From contig OX597827.1 of assembly GCA_951406725.2 (NCBI GenBank), forward strand, positions 31,744,001-31,808,000: a stretch of DNA of 64,000 nucleotides, read 5' to 3'. Origin of the DNA: Octopus vulgaris. Its lineage: Eukaryota. Every line of letters begins with the position of its first letter. Position 1 is the stretch's first letter. The notes beneath the pieces were generated by a model that had not been told where the DNA came from, made no database searches, and saw only the letters and a list, made by a program, of their open reading frames with translations. Position numbers and translations under genes: made by a program. Below, piece by piece: positions 39,712-55,224 of this stretch.

Positions 39712-39818
39712 GTGCATATGTATATGTATTTTTATGTGTGTGTGTATACACACACATGAAATGACATATAAACACACACACACATATATATATGTATATA
39801 TGTATATATATATGTATG

Positions 39819-39904
<86 letters not shown>

Positions 39905-40203
39905 TGGCCACCATGGAATGACTAAAATCTGTGGTTGATTTTTAAATATACACATGTATATATATGTGTATATATGTATATATATATATATATAGCAACT
40001 CTAAAAGGAATATAGACAGTAACTGCTCGACAACATAAGGGACTAAAGCCATCTGAATATGGCTAGGGACAGGGCAGGGTGGTGGGGTGTTACTGTTGCA
40101 TTTGCAAACATCGACGTCACAGAAAGGCTCGACATGTCGATTTCTGTGATATGTGTATATAAATGTATACCACCCTGCCTGTCCTATATTCAGTGGCTGG
40201 TCC

Positions 40204-40251
<48 letters not shown>

Positions 40252-41639
40252 AATGGCCACCATGGAATGACTAAAATCTGTGGTTGATTTTTAAATATAC
40301 ACATGTGTATATGTATATATGTATATATGTATATATATATATATATATATATAGATAGATAAATATACATATATACATATATAAAAATACATATACATAT
40401 ATAAAAACACATATACATATACACACATATATATATATATATGTATGTATATGTATGTGTTTTTATATATGTATATGTATTTTTATGTATATATATATAT
40501 ATATATATATACATATACATACTTACATACACATATACATATACATACAGCATTCATATATACATACACACACTCATGTATATGAATACACACATATGAG
40601 TGTATATGTCTGTGTATGCATATGTCAAGCTACAGTAAATGTGGCTGAATCTAGTTGCCATATAATCAACATCCACAACAAGAACAACAACAACAACAAT
40701 AATAATAATACTAATAATAATAATGATAATGATAATAGAATTAGAGGAAAAAACAGAGGTAGTTGGTAAAAGAACAATGAAACAAAATAAACCAAAAATG
40801 TGGCTACCCCCAGTCTTGTTGAAATGGTAATGGAAATTGGTCGCTGGGAATCGCAGCACAAAGAAATCACACAAGAAATCCAAATATTTTTTGAATTGTT
40901 TTTTTTTTACCATTCCATTACTTTGAATCAACTGGTCTAAAGTGGAATTTGGTTTTGAGAATCAATGGAAAAGGGTCAAATATCTCTCTAGAGTACTGAC
41001 TCTAATAGCAGAAGTCAGTTTGGTTGCTAGACGACAAAAATGTTTTAGCAAATTTGGTAAAAGTTTAAGAGAAAAATAATGGCATTATTAATAGTAAATT
41101 ATTTTCAAAAAAAGCAAAATTGACGAAGATTAATTAACAGGTTTAGGTCATGCTTTTGGTTTTTGAATTTTGATTTTTGATTTTTGATTTTTTTTGTTTT
41201 TTTTTTGTTTTTGGAGGGGTATATTTATTTATTTGAAAGAAAAGTAAATAAATAATTTCAAAAAATATCAAACACAGAGAAAAAAAAATCAGAAAAAAAT
41301 ACACTAGAAATAAATTAAGATACAACAACATAATTATCAAGAAATAATTTATATTTATAGATAAGTTTAGAATGAAAGAGAAAAAAATAAGCCATGACAG
41401 ATTTTTGATTGTATGGAAGAACAAAAGGGATGAAAAATGTATTGCTATTACAGCAAGGTTGCAGAAAGGTTTTTAAGAAGGAAAAGGAGATACATTTGTA
41501 TGGGACGATTGAGAAGCTAAAAAGTGTGTGTCTTGGATCAGTGGTAAAGAATATATGTTCAGAAAGATGGGGAGGAAAGAGAAATGGGAATGGCCACCAT
41601 GGAATGACTAAAATCTGTGGTTGATTTTTAAATATACAC

Positions 41640-41691
<52 letters not shown>

Positions 41692-41983
41692 CATCATCAT
41701 CATCATCATCGTTTAATGTCCGCTTTCCATGCTAGCATGGGTTGGACGATTTTGACTGAAGGTTGGCGAACCAGATGGCTGCACCAGGCCTCAATCTTGA
41801 TTTGGCAGAGTTTCTACAGCTGGATGCCCTTCCTAATGCCAACCACTCTGAGAGTGTTGTGGGTGCTTTTCACATACCACTGGCACAGGGGCCTGTCAGG
41901 CGGTACTGGCAATGACCTTGCTCGAATCCTTTTACGCATGCCACCAGCACAGGTGCCAGTAAAGCAACTTTGGTATATATATG

Positions 41984-42019
<36 letters not shown>

Positions 42020-42026
42020 TATATAC

Positions 42027-42087
<61 letters not shown>

Positions 42088-42342
42088 TGCGCACATACAT
42101 CATATCTAATTAAGTATGTGCGTGTGTGAATATGTCTCTCTCTATATATGTATATATATAAAAATTAATGTATATATATATATTTTATATTGAAAGGGTT
42201 AAAATCCAAGGACTGTCTTCTTGAAACACATTTGCTTATTCCAGTATTCCAAAGTCATATGTGTATGTTGTATTCGTGTGAGGTATGCATCAGAGTTGAA
42301 AATTCTGGAAAAAATTTCTAAAGCAGAACACTGAAAAAAATT

Positions 42343-42572
42343 TTTGCCATTATTTATTCGCCATTACACATGTTTCATTTGCTAATAGGGGTTAATAAAA
42401 TTGTACATGTAGGAGAAAACATGTAAGATATTTCCTATTAGAAATTTTTCAGACAGAGAATCAAACAATAATATGATAGGAGATGTTTTACATGTTTTTC
42501 CTACATGTACAATTTTGTAACTCTTGTTAGCAGAAGAAACATGTGTAATGGTGAATATATAATACCAAAAAA
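42343..42572. mobile_element. PLE-like fold-back with decayed hammerhead (42361-42456, minus)
   Basis: Inverted arms ccattacacatgtttc / gaaacatgtgtaatgg. The minus strand reads cugu-CUGAAAA-auuucuaauagg...ccuauuagcaaau-GAAA-caugug-UA-augg. Confidence 0.6.
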
Positions 42573-42598
42573 TGTTATCTAATCTTCTCTTTTGATAT

Positions 42599-42648
<50 letters not shown>

Positions 42649-42777
42649 CTATATATATACATGCATACATACATAATTATATGATATTATATATACATAT
42701 AAGTATATATTATATATGCACATACATATATATATGCATACAAATGTATGCATTATTATATGATATATATGTATGTG

Positions 42778-42845
<68 letters not shown>

Positions 42846-42909
42846 TGTGTGTATGTGTGTGTGTGTGTATGTATATTTATAAATATATGTATATATATAT
42901 CTATATCTA

Positions 42910-42996
<87 letters not shown>

Positions 42997-43579
42997 TATA
43001 ATTATATGCACACACATACACACATGCACACACACACATATATATTTATATATATGAGAAATTATGATTTACTCACCAGTAACAGTTGTAGATCTAACTA
43101 TACAGCCAAGATATACCAAATATATATGTATGTATATGTGCATATGTATGTATTTATGTATGTATATATTTATCGGATATATGATTTCAGGTACACTGAA
43201 TGTTCATGCTGACCCCTGCTCACCACCTTCTCCTGTCTCAATATCCAGCTGGTTCAGCCATGACTCTCTTCTATTTGTAAGACATCTGCGGTTATCCCTC
43301 AATCCTACTTTAGCCGCTCAACATCTGGCATAATGCCATCTCCTCCCAAAACTATTCTCCTACCCAGTCAAGGTGTTTTGTTTTGCAAGTTACATTGTAA
43401 CCTTATGAGAACAGGTGTTACAGGAAAGCCACCCAGTGTACTCATTAGGAAGAGTATCCAGCTGTAGAAAGCATGACAAAACAGACAACAGAGCTCAACA
43501 CTGGCTTTTAGCTTTCCATATATTGTTGAACTACTAGATGCATGCCAGCATGGAAAATGGATATTAAATGATGATGAGG

Positions 43580-43626
<47 letters not shown>

Positions 43627-43857
43627 ATGACTCTCCTGTCGTTAGACAATGTATGAGGTTTCGGCAATTTCTTGCCAGACAACCACACAAATGATTTGTT
43701 TATAGTGACCAAATGTTTGTGTACACTCCCTCCGTCAAATTGACATTACCTGTACAGGTGTACCATATGCCACATGTCAGATGAAAAATGATCAATGATC
43801 ACAGAGCAACATAAAAGGATGTGCTTTACTCAAGAACACAATGCAACACCCACTCTA

Positions 43858-44085
43858 TTATTGTGTCTAGGGAGAGTCATTCTTCTTTAGTACCTTATTA
43901 TTTAACAGACTCACCAGTTCAATTTCCACTCAAATGATAAATATGTAAATGAGTGGAAATCGAACTGTTGTGTGTGTTAAATAATAAGGCAATAAAAGCA
44001 AATGACTCTCCCCAGACACAATAAAATATGCTTTAACACACGAATTCACATAAAGAATCTTACAAGCCAAATACAAAAAGGAAAT
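43858..44085. repeat. Older, shorter fold-back of the same family as 50331-50651
   Basis: Shares gagagtcatt...gtaccttattatttaaca and the tail aacacacgaa.tcac/tataaagaatctt, but turns back at a different point. Confidence 0.8.
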
Positions 44086-44112
44086 ATATCTATATCTATA
44101 TCTATATCTAAA

Positions 44113-44186
<74 letters not shown>

Positions 44187-44470
44187 TAAATATATGGCAC
44201 AACGAAGTACCGATATTTACTGGAAATTCACGGGCTATTCTTTACTGGAAAGCAATACTCTCATATTGCATTACTATTTTTATATATATATATATATATA
44301 TATTCATCATCATTTAGTGTCTGTTGTCTATGCTGGCATATGATCTATGCACACATGCTCACACACGTACATATTTCTATATTTATGATAAAATGCTAAA
44401 ATAAATTATATATATAAATGTAAACCCATGTAGGTTTATGTCCTGATTTTGTAAATATCCAGAAATACAC

Positions 44471-44895
44471 GTGAACATATCAATGTTCAATAACAGAATG
44501 GTAGCAGAGGTGGCTATTAAGTGGTAAAAAGAAAGAAAAATAAATATCTTCCTTTCTTTTTATCACTTAATAGTCACCTCTGCTACCATTCTGTTATTGA
44601 ACATTGATATGCTCACCTAAGTACTGCTACATGATCAGAAAGTTGAACTGTGAACTTTTATGCTTCTTTTTTCTTCTCCTTCTTCATTTCCTTATTCCTT
44701 TATTCCTATCCTCTATGTCATCATTTCATTAATCTATATCCTTCTCATTTTACCTATTTGTCTCCAATGACAGAATATCCAATACTCTGGGATATCCCAG
44801 AAACAGCTGTAAGACTTTGAATATTTTTTCCAATAATAATAATGTATATGACTTGAGATGTTTGCTTTGCCTTAAAGCTTGTTGTCCTCTTTAAC
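44471..44895 (+). mobile_element. PLE-like fold-back (44471-44616) followed by decayed hammerhead (44760-44815)
   Basis: Hairpin arms of about 65 bp. gtct-CCAATGA-...-GAAA-cagctg-TA-agac. Confidence 0.6.
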
Positions 44896-44912
44896 ATTTA
44901 TATATATATATA

Positions 44913-45136
44913 CAGGGTGGCTCAAAGTAGGTTTACAGCTATTCAACTATCTCTTTCACATTCATATATTAACAGTTTAGATTCTAATTATGAAAAAATA
45001 TGAAACCATTATTCTTTGCTAATTTAGTTAATTTTGACAAGCTCCCTTTTCAGTTTGTAAGATAGAAATTTAAATGTTTTAAAAGAAATTTAAAGTGCCT
45101 ACGTGATAACAGTAAACCTACTTTTGGGCCACCCTG
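44913..45136. mobile_element. Tc1/mariner MITE
   Basis: TIRs cagggtggctcaaagtaggtttac / gtaaacctacttttgggccaccctg in TA context. A solo TIR is at about 46598-46632. Confidence 0.8.
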
Positions 45137-45266
45137 AATATATATATATACAAATACATACAAACATATGTACACAACCATGTGTATATATACATATATA
45201 TAAATTTATGTATAAAAACACACACACACACATATATGCATGCACATACAAACATATATACACAAC

Positions 45267-45304
<38 letters not shown>

Positions 45305-45364
45305 TTATGTATAAAAACACGCACATATATACATACATACACATACAAACATATATACACAACC

Positions 45365-45395
<31 letters not shown>

Positions 45396-45718
45396 TTTTA
45401 AAAGTTATCTATACAGATTTTCTATAGAAACTGGAGCCACCACTGGAAATTATGATGCTTCATATATGAATCTATCAACGTAAACAATCCAATCAAACAC
45501 ATAAAAGAAAGTAATGGGTATGTCAGCCAATTTCAAGAGATTCTGTTCCTTCTTCAGTGCCTTATCAAATCCATTTACCATCCAAGAAGTCATTGCTTAA
45601 ATAGCCACCAAATATAGCGATGCACAAACACACAGGCAGACATATGTATAGAAACACACACACACATGTATATATACAGAAACATACATACATGTATACA
45701 TATGTGTATCTCTATCTA

Positions 45719-45750
<32 letters not shown>

Positions 45751-45788
45751 CATACACACGAACATACATATATATATATACATGCATC

Positions 45789-45826
<38 letters not shown>

Positions 45827-46005
45827 AATCTATGTATCTATCTATCTATATACATACACACACACAAACATGCATGCATATATATATATATGCATGTATC
45901 TATGTCTATATATGTATATATGTATGTATGTATATATGTGTGTGTATATACACACACACATACATATATACATACATGTATATTTGTCTATGTATTTATT
46001 ATCTA

Positions 46006-46075
<70 letters not shown>

Positions 46076-46803
46076 CCTATCTCTGTGTGTGTGTGTGTGT
46101 GTGTATGATACACACATATATACAGTCATGTAGACATGAAAATTGCATAATAAATGTGTGAGAACAGATAAAAATAAAGAAGCAAGGAGCAATGAATGCA
46201 TTGGGGCTGGGGTTAAGGGGGCACAACATAACCAAAAATCTCAGTGGAATGAAGGATAGCATATGTCGACTGGGTCAGATGTTTCCAAACAGAATTTCTG
46301 ATGGGGGGAAGATGCTCTGCACCTGTAAAAGCCTAAGGAATGTGGGATGAGACAGATTGTTATGAAATGCATATGTATGTGTATGCACATGTGTATGAGT
46401 TATGTGTGTGTGTATGTGTTTGTGCATGTGTTTGTGTGTGTGCGTGTATGTGTGTATGAGAGAGTGTGTGTGTGTGCGCATATATAGAAAATCATATCAT
46501 TTGATAACATATATATACTTAAAAATATATATTACATGTATACATGTATATAAAATACACACATACATGTGTACATATATATATATATATATATACATAG
46601 AAGGTGGCCTAAAAGTAGGTTTACAGTTATCATGTAGGCATTTTAAATTTCTTTTATGTGGCTGTGTGGTAAGTAGCATGCTTATCAACCACATGGTTCC
46701 GGGTTCAGTCCCACTGCGTGCCACCTTGGGCAAGTATCTTCTACTATAGCCTCAGAACAACCAAAGCCTTGTCAGTGGATTTGGTAGACAGAAACTGTAT
46801 GTA

Positions 46804-46853
<50 letters not shown>

Positions 46854-47318
46854 CGTGTGTGTGTGTGTGTGTGTATGTATGTTTGTGTGCCTGTGTTTGT
46901 CCCCCCAACATTGCTTGACAACCGATGCTGGTGTGTTTACGTCCCTGTAACTTAGCGGTTCGGCAAAAGAGATTGATAGAATAAGTACCAGGCTTACAAA
47001 GAATAAGTCCTGGGGTCAATTTGCTCAACTAAAGGCGGTGCTCCAGCATGGCCACAGTCAAATGACTGAAACAAGTAAAAGAGTGAAAGAGAGTAAAAGA
47101 GTATTTGTATATGTACATATATGCAACTGCATATATAGATGTAAAGATATGAAATGTTACATATTATGGAGCTTTCTTTTACTGGAAAGTAATACATTTG
47201 TATTGCAATACTTATTTTTCATTGAAAACTTTTTCACTGTTCTCGTTCTGTTAATGACTAAGCATTCAGGCGAGTGCACAGGCATTGATGTGGCAACATT
47301 TGAAATATTGTCTAGGTA

Positions 47319-47391
47319 AATGCAGCTGATGAAGACTGATCAAATCTATATTGACAAACGCATTTGAAGAGTCAGAAACCGGTCCTGCATT
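47319..47391 (+). ncRNA. Type I hammerhead ribozyme, intact core
   Basis: AAUGCAG-CUGAUGA-a-GACU..UCAAAU...AUUUGA..AGUC-a-GAAA-CCG-GUC-CUGCAUU. Stem I is 7 bp, palindrome ACCGGU, GUC triplet, predicted cut after 47384. Confidence 0.88.
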
Positions 47392-47686
47392 ATCTGATTC
47401 GAGGTTGTTGATTTATCGAATGTTCTTCCTAGAGGTAAGACAAATTTTTCATTTTGTTGCACTCACACGCCTTTGCCAGTATATACGCAGTGAAAATTTG
47501 TATCAGTCATATTTGTATCGACTGCTATTTCCTGTAAATATTGGTGGCTTGTTGTACTACTCATCTGTATATGTATATATATATATACATATGCATATAT
47601 CTGTGTGTGTGTATACACATATATGTGTATGAATGTATGTATATATATACACACATACACATGTATGTATATGCAATTTTTTGTAT

Positions 47687-47749
<63 letters not shown>

Positions 47750-48090
47750 TGCTTATCAAAAGAAAAAAAATCAAAGGTCCTTCCTGTGCCAAAGGCAAAT
47801 AAGGACAGTTTCATGGATTTTGTAATGTATGCATTGTCCTGGGTATGGGTAGGAACCAGACCATTGCAAGTTGTGCATTTTTGCCAGCTGAGTGAAATGG
47901 GACAATGTGAAATGAAGTGTCTTTACTGAAGAACACAATGCATCACTCAGTCCAAGAATTGAAACCACAATCATAAGCGGAAGAACATGTCTGCAACACC
48001 TTAACCACTAAAACACGTAGCTTAATGGGTATATATATAGATATATATATATGGGCGCATGTGAGTATCTTATTTATATCCTTTCGTATG

Positions 48091-48150
48091 TTCTACTGAA
48101 GAGGAAAGAATCTTTTATGAGATCAATTCCGAAATTGATTCAATATAGAA
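48091..48150 (+). ncRNA. Type I hammerhead ribozyme, intact core with foldable stem III
   Basis: UUCUA-CUGAAGA-GGAA...UUCC-GAAA-UUGAUUCAA-UA-UAGAA. AUA triplet, predicted cut after 48145. Confidence 0.85.
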
Positions 48151-48392
48151 ATAATGAACTTTTTAAAAAAATTCCATCGACCGGCTTCCTCGATTTCAGT
48201 TCTTCGTGTTTTTTCTGTAGCGGGTAAATAATATGTGGAAATTGACGATTTAAAAGTCTGTTATCAGCGTTTTGGCATTGAAATAATTTTCTTTAGCCCT
48301 CATTATAAGTTGTTTATAATTTTAACTGTAAATGCTGCCACATTTTTCGATGGAATTTTTTTTCTGTAAAAATACTTCATCCTATATTAGTA

Positions 48393-48778
<386 letters not shown>

Positions 48779-48813
48779 AAAAAAAAATGTATACTGTGCA
48801 TATATATTTTTAT

Positions 48814-48848
<35 letters not shown>

Positions 48849-48882
48849 GAGATAAAACATATGTGTACAAAGCATACACATG

Positions 48883-48935
<53 letters not shown>

Positions 48936-48940
<5 letters not shown>

Positions 48941-49610
48941 GAGATAAAACCACTATTAAGCAAATCAAACAGTGAAAATCATAAGCCAATACATAGAAAT
49001 AAAATTAATTAAAATAATATAAAATATAAATATAAAAATATAAAATTCCAAAATTAAAATTCAAAAAATTATTTAAACTTATAAGTTTAAAAAAAAAATA
49101 TATATATATAAATATATTTTTATTATTATTATTATATTATTTATTTTATTTTATTTTATTTATTTATTTTATTATTTTATTTATTTATTTATTTTATTTT
49201 ACTTATTTATTTTATTTTATAAGTATTAAAAGTTTAATATCTTATATTAAACTTTTAATACTTTTTGATAGTTATATAATTTACAAAAAAAAATAAAGAA
49301 AAAAATATTAAAAAAAAAAAATAATATATATATATATTTTAAAAAAAAACTTATAAGTTTAAATTATTTAAATAATTTTTAAAATTTTAACTTTAATTTA
49401 AATATTTTAATTTGGAATTTTATATTTTTTATATTTTATATTTTTTTAATTAATTTTATTTCTATGTATTGGCTTATGATTTTCACTGTTTGATTTGCCT
49501 AATAGTGGTTTTTATCTCTAATTTAATATAATATATATTTATACTATAAAATTAGATTTAATCCTAAATCTAATTTTTCCCTGTAAGTTTGGATTTACTC
49601 CCTAATATTA
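48936..49610. repeat. AT-rich fold-back element plus tail in (TA)n
   Basis: aattagagataaaaccactattaagcaaatcaaacagtgaaaatcataagccaatacatagaaa is inverted at 49455-49523. Confidence 0.8.
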
Positions 49611-49614
49611 TTAT

Positions 49615-49657
<43 letters not shown>

Positions 49658-50078
49658 CACACACACACATATGTATATATATATTCTTTTATTCTTTTAC
49701 TTGCTTCAGTCATCTGACTGCGGCCATGCTGGAGCACCACCTTTAGTCAAACAATTCGATCCCAGGATTTTTTTTTGTAAGCCTAGCACTTATTCTATCA
49801 GTATCTTTTGCCGAACTGCCAAGTTACAGGAACATAAACACACCAACATCGGTTGTCAAGGGATGGTGGGGGGACAAACAGACACACAAACACACACATA
49901 TATAGATATATACATACGATGGGCTTCTTTCAGTTTCCGTCTACAAAATCCACTTACAAGGCTTTGGTCAGCTGAAGGCTATATAGTAGAAGACACTTGC
50001 CCAAGGTGCCATGAAGTGGACTGAACCCAGAACCATGTGGTTAGTAAGCAAGCTACTTACCACACAGCCACTCCTCCA

Positions 50079-50123
<45 letters not shown>

Positions 50124-50300
50124 GAAAAAATTCTGCACAACAGTTTGTGAGAATATTTTCAGCTTTAATATCTGAGCACTCTCTATTTCCACCTTGTCTT
50201 GCATTTGTGTGTGTGTGTACTGTACATCTAGGTTTGATAAGTGCCAATGCATAAAACTCTTGATGCTTGTGTCACTCATTGCTTCTGCTAAATATTAATG

Positions 50301-50330
<30 letters not shown>

Positions 50331-50335
<5 letters not shown>

Positions 50336-50651
50336 TGTTATGTCTGGGGAGAGTCATTCTCTTTTAGTACCTTATTATTTAACACACTCACTGGTAAAAT
50401 TTCCACTTATTTCGTCTTTTTTTTTCCTAAAATTTCGTTGCATCTTGCAACCTTTTCAATAGTCAACACTATTGAAAAGGTTGCAAGACGCAACGAAAAT
50501 TTTAGGAAAAAAAAAAGACGAAATAAGTGGAAATTTTACCAGTGAGTGTGTTAAATAATAAGGTACTAAAAGAGAATGACTCTCCCCAGACACAACAGTA
50601 TATGCTTCAACACACGAACTCATATAAAGAATCTTGCAAACCAAATCCAAA
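50331..50651. repeat. Near-perfect palindrome (arms about 133 bp, loop caac at 50464-50467) plus one-sided tail, in (TA)n
   Basis: Direct reading. Same family as 43858-44085. Confidence 0.9.
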
Positions 50652-50924
50652 TATATATATATATATATATATATTGCCACTTAAAAGCACCTAGTCCACA
50701 CTGTAAAGTGGTTGGCATTTGGAAGGGCATCCAGCTGTAAAAACCTTGCCAAAACTGACTTCGCCTGTGCTTGTGCCACATAAAAAGCACAGTCCACTCT
50801 GCTGAGTGGTTGGTGTTAGGAAGGCATTTGTACTACACAGACATTTGTACAACAGAGCCAAAGGTAGTTTCAGACAGGTTGGCATCAAATGGGTTAAGAA
50901 TTGTTTCTCCATTATATATTCTAA

Positions 50925-51148
50925 CCCTTTTGTTACCATATTTCTGTTGAGATGCTCTGTGTTTCTTTCAATTAATTTTAAATATAACAAAGAATTTAGT
51001 AAAATAACCTAGTTATCATTCAGCTAGTGTTAGGAACATAAAATTGTGACTAAGGTTTGGTGGAAGATTTTAATTCAAAACTTATGAAAACAAGACATTT
51101 GTACTACAGGGCCAAAAGCGAATTTCAGATGGGTTGGTACCAAAAGGG
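50925..51148. mobile_element. piggyBac-type MITE, with an adjacent partial copy at 50830-50897
   Basis: cccttttgttacc ... ggtaccaaaaggg with TTAA-like flanks (ctaa/ttat). Confidence 0.65.
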
Positions 51149-51449
51149 TTATGCTATAGGGATTTTAATGATTGTTTCAACTAATCCTTACACTTAAGGA
51201 TGGGTCTTTCTTTCCCATGGAATTCCTTCCACTAATAATAATCCTTTCTTCTACAGGGATAAATAAGGCCAGCAATTCTGAGGGGAGGGGGAAGTCAATT
51301 TAATTAACCCCATTACTTTACTGGTACTTATTTGATCAACATTGTAAAAAGGAAAGACAAGTTTGACTTGGTATAAGAAGAAATGCCACCAAGAAATTTG
51401 TCCAACATGGTAATGGATTTGCTAGTTCACTGCTTTATTAACAATAATA

Positions 51450-51820
51450 AAAGCACTCAGAGAGCGCAAACCTCCACCAAGGCAGCACTAATGTTCTCTC
51501 AATGATTAGCCAGAGATGAGTTTTAAAATGAAAATATCTGAAATAAACTCAACTGCTCTCACAAATGAGAAAACTAAAAATGAACCCAACTGCTTTCAAA
51601 AATTAAGTAAAAGAAACAAGAAAAATAATCCAGAATCCTTTGTCCTGTACTGGATCGATCCCGAAATCTAATCAGTTTGTACCAGTCATGAGGCCAAATA
51701 TCCTTGAAAGTTTCATCAGAATCAATCCAGCGGTTCTTGAGAGATCTTGTCCACAGACAAACAAACAAACAAACAAACACAACTGAAACTAATACTTCCG
51801 CCTTCGCTAAGGTGGAACTA
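51450..51820. mobile_element. Helentron/DINE-like non-autonomous element; second copy at 57291-57612
   Basis: cctccaccaagg subterminal motif, (aaac)n and a terminal hairpin ttccgcctt..aaggtggaa. Both copies lie in (AAT)n. Confidence 0.55.
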
Positions 51821-52439
51821 ATAATAATAATAATAATAATACTAATATTTCTTAATAATTTTGGCACAAGGCCAGCACTTTTACTCACCTTACACATGAA
51901 GGGGTCCTCTGAGGCACCTAATCACCATTATTTATCTCTTTGTAGCTCCTAACCATTCTAACCTTCTCTTTTAAACACAAGCAGCCATGTAGCCCCTCCT
52001 CTTCAACAGGAACCTCAACTCTCCCATTTTCCCTTATTCTTTATTGCCTCATCTCAAAGTATAGAACTGCATTCCACTCCCATGTTTCATAGTTCTAGTC
52101 TTGTGAGCAGCATGGCAACCTCATTAGTGCTGGTGCCAAGGAAAATCACCTGCTACACACTGTAAAGGACATCCAGCAGATACTGCAGCTCTAAGCACTT
52201 CTTGAACCCAACAGACCCTTTCAATCCACATCACTCAAGACAGCCTCGACATTAAATGATGATGGATATGCAACCATTTACTGGTTGCATAGCTATGACT
52301 TTTTACACATTCCATCTGTTAATTATGAACATTATGATTATTGCATAATTCCAAGCTTCCAGAAACAGCTGTTGAGTTAAAAAACTAAGCATTCTTTTCT
52401 CAGTGTCCTGTATTTTCTATGCTCTATGTAAATTTATTT

Positions 52440-52479
<40 letters not shown>

Positions 52480-54150
52480 GCATACACACACACATATGTA
52501 TGTATATATGTACATATATATATATTTTTTGTTTTCAAACCTATATGCCTTTGTATATTCTTTTATCCTTTTACTTGTTTCATTCACATTTGACCGGGGC
52601 CATGCTGGAGCACCACCTTAAGGTGTTTTAGTTGAAAAGAACGACTCGAAGACTTATTCTTTGTAAGCCTATACGATGGGCTTCTTTCAGTTTCTGTTTA
52701 TCAAATCCATTCACAAGGCTTTGGTCAGCCTAAGGCTACAGTATAAGCCACTTGCCTAAGGTGCCACGCAGTGGGACTGAACCTGGAACGATGTGGTTGG
52801 GAAGCAAGCTTCTTACCACACAGCCACACCTGAACATTCCGATCACCATTATCCTCATTCAATGTCCTCTTTTCCATGGCTGCATACATCAGACAGAGCT
52901 TGCTGATGCAGTTTTTTTATGGCCTTTTTCACCATCGATCCTCACTTGTTTCCAATTGACTTAACAGTTTCCATAGCAAGACACGTTTAACCATGTAAAA
53001 CTGGAAATAAACAACACTGCTTGTATGATGGTCAGACTTGTTTACAACCACTGTGCAATGAATAGACAAGGGTGCACCGGCAAGCACACACACACACACA
53101 CATATATGAGAAAGGATTCAGTTTCCATACATCAAATTCACTCACAGGACCATGGTCAGCCTGGAGAGATATAGTAGAAGACACTTGTGCAAGCTGCTGT
53201 GAAGTGGGACTGAACTCAAGACCACAGAGTTGGGAAGCAAACCTCTCAATACAACAGTGACACCTACACCTATCTATACACACACACACACACACACACA
53301 GACATATATATGTATATGCATGAATATTTTAGAGGCTCTGAGAAAACTACAAGGTGATGCACCATCACTCAGCTCTGATTGCATTGCATCTGATAGAAAA
53401 AAACTGCTGTAAGCCAATGCAGTTGATTACATGAATCCTGTTCTCTTGTCCTTTCTTTAATTTCATATTATGCTCTGTACTTGCCTAATGCTTTATTCTA
53501 AAGTGTATGTGCATTGAATTCTATCAGCAAGTTATTAGTAGCATTACACATAAGTGAAATCTTAAAACACACACACACACAGAGCCACACCTATATGTAC
53601 ACACCACACACATTCATAGAGAAATACATCATCATCATCATCACCATTTAATGTCTGTTGTCCATGCTGGCATGGGTTGGATAGTTTGAGCAGGGCTGGC
53701 CAGCTGGAAAGCTGCATCAAACTCCAGTCCCTTTTGGCATGGTTTCTACGGCTGGATGCCCTTCTTAACACCAACCACTCCAAGAGTGTAACGGGTGCTT
53801 TTTATGTGACTCCGGCACAGGTGCCATTTGCATGACAGGTCTTCTCAAGCATGACACAGTACCAATGGACTTTTTTTCTCCATGAGGCCCAATGCTCGAA
53901 GCATGGAATAATTCCAAACAGTCTCAGTCTTTGTCTCTGTGAAGCCCAATGTATCTCTCTATCTCTCTATCTATATTCTCATCCAAGATAGAGATGGGAA
54001 CCAATATTCTATGTGGAAGGCTTGATAATTGTTGAGATAATTGTTGGCATAACGCCAAAAGGTCTCGGTCTCTGCCTTTGTGAGATCCAATATATCTATC
54101 TATCTATCTATCTATCCATCTATCTATTTATATCTTTATATATATATCTA

Positions 54151-54277
<127 letters not shown>

Positions 54278-54460
54278 ATATATATATATATATATATATA
54301 CATTCTCATCCAAGATGAAGATGAGAACCAACATTCCGTATGGAAGGCTTGATAATTGTTAAGAGACTTCTCTTTGCATGAAACCATTGGTAGCCTCTGT
54401 TAACCCACAAATAAAAAATATTTATCCAGTGATGCACTGCTGACCACTCACTGTCACTGT

Positions 54461-54516
<56 letters not shown>

Positions 54517-54825
54517 CACAAACAGAGATGGTGAAGTTTCACACCAGTTGTTTACAGTGTGTCTACATTATGATGGTATGGAGAAAGAAAAAAAAGAAGG
54601 AAAACAAACAAGCAAACAAATAAAAACTGTTCAAAGTATTTTGTCCATTTCTTACAAGACTCAACTTCATTCAATGAGAATCGATGTCTGTGGGGAATAG
54701 AAACCAATTTCTAATGCCAAGATCATGAATTAAGGAATTCCACAGAATTATTGCTTTGCACTGCAACATTGGCAATAATGATAATAACTATATCAATAAC
54801 AAAAACAAGGATAATAATAATAATG

Positions 54826-54885
<60 letters not shown>

Positions 54886-55158
54886 GTAATAATAATAATA
54901 GTAATAATAATAATCCTTTCTACTAATGGCACAAGGCCTGAAATTTGTTGGGAGGGAACAGGTTGACTACATCAACCCTGGTGTTTCAGTGGTACTTAAT
55001 TTATTGACCTTGAAAAAATGAAAAAGTTGACTTTGGTGGAATTTGAACTCAGGACATAAAGACGGATGAAATACCACTAAGCATTTTGCCCAGTGGGCTA
55101 ACAATTCTGCCAGCTCGCCACCTTAACAACAACAACAGCAAAAACAATAATAGTAATG

Positions 55159-55189
<31 letters not shown>

Positions 55190-55224
55190 TAATAATAATA
55201 ATAATAATAATAATGATAATAATC

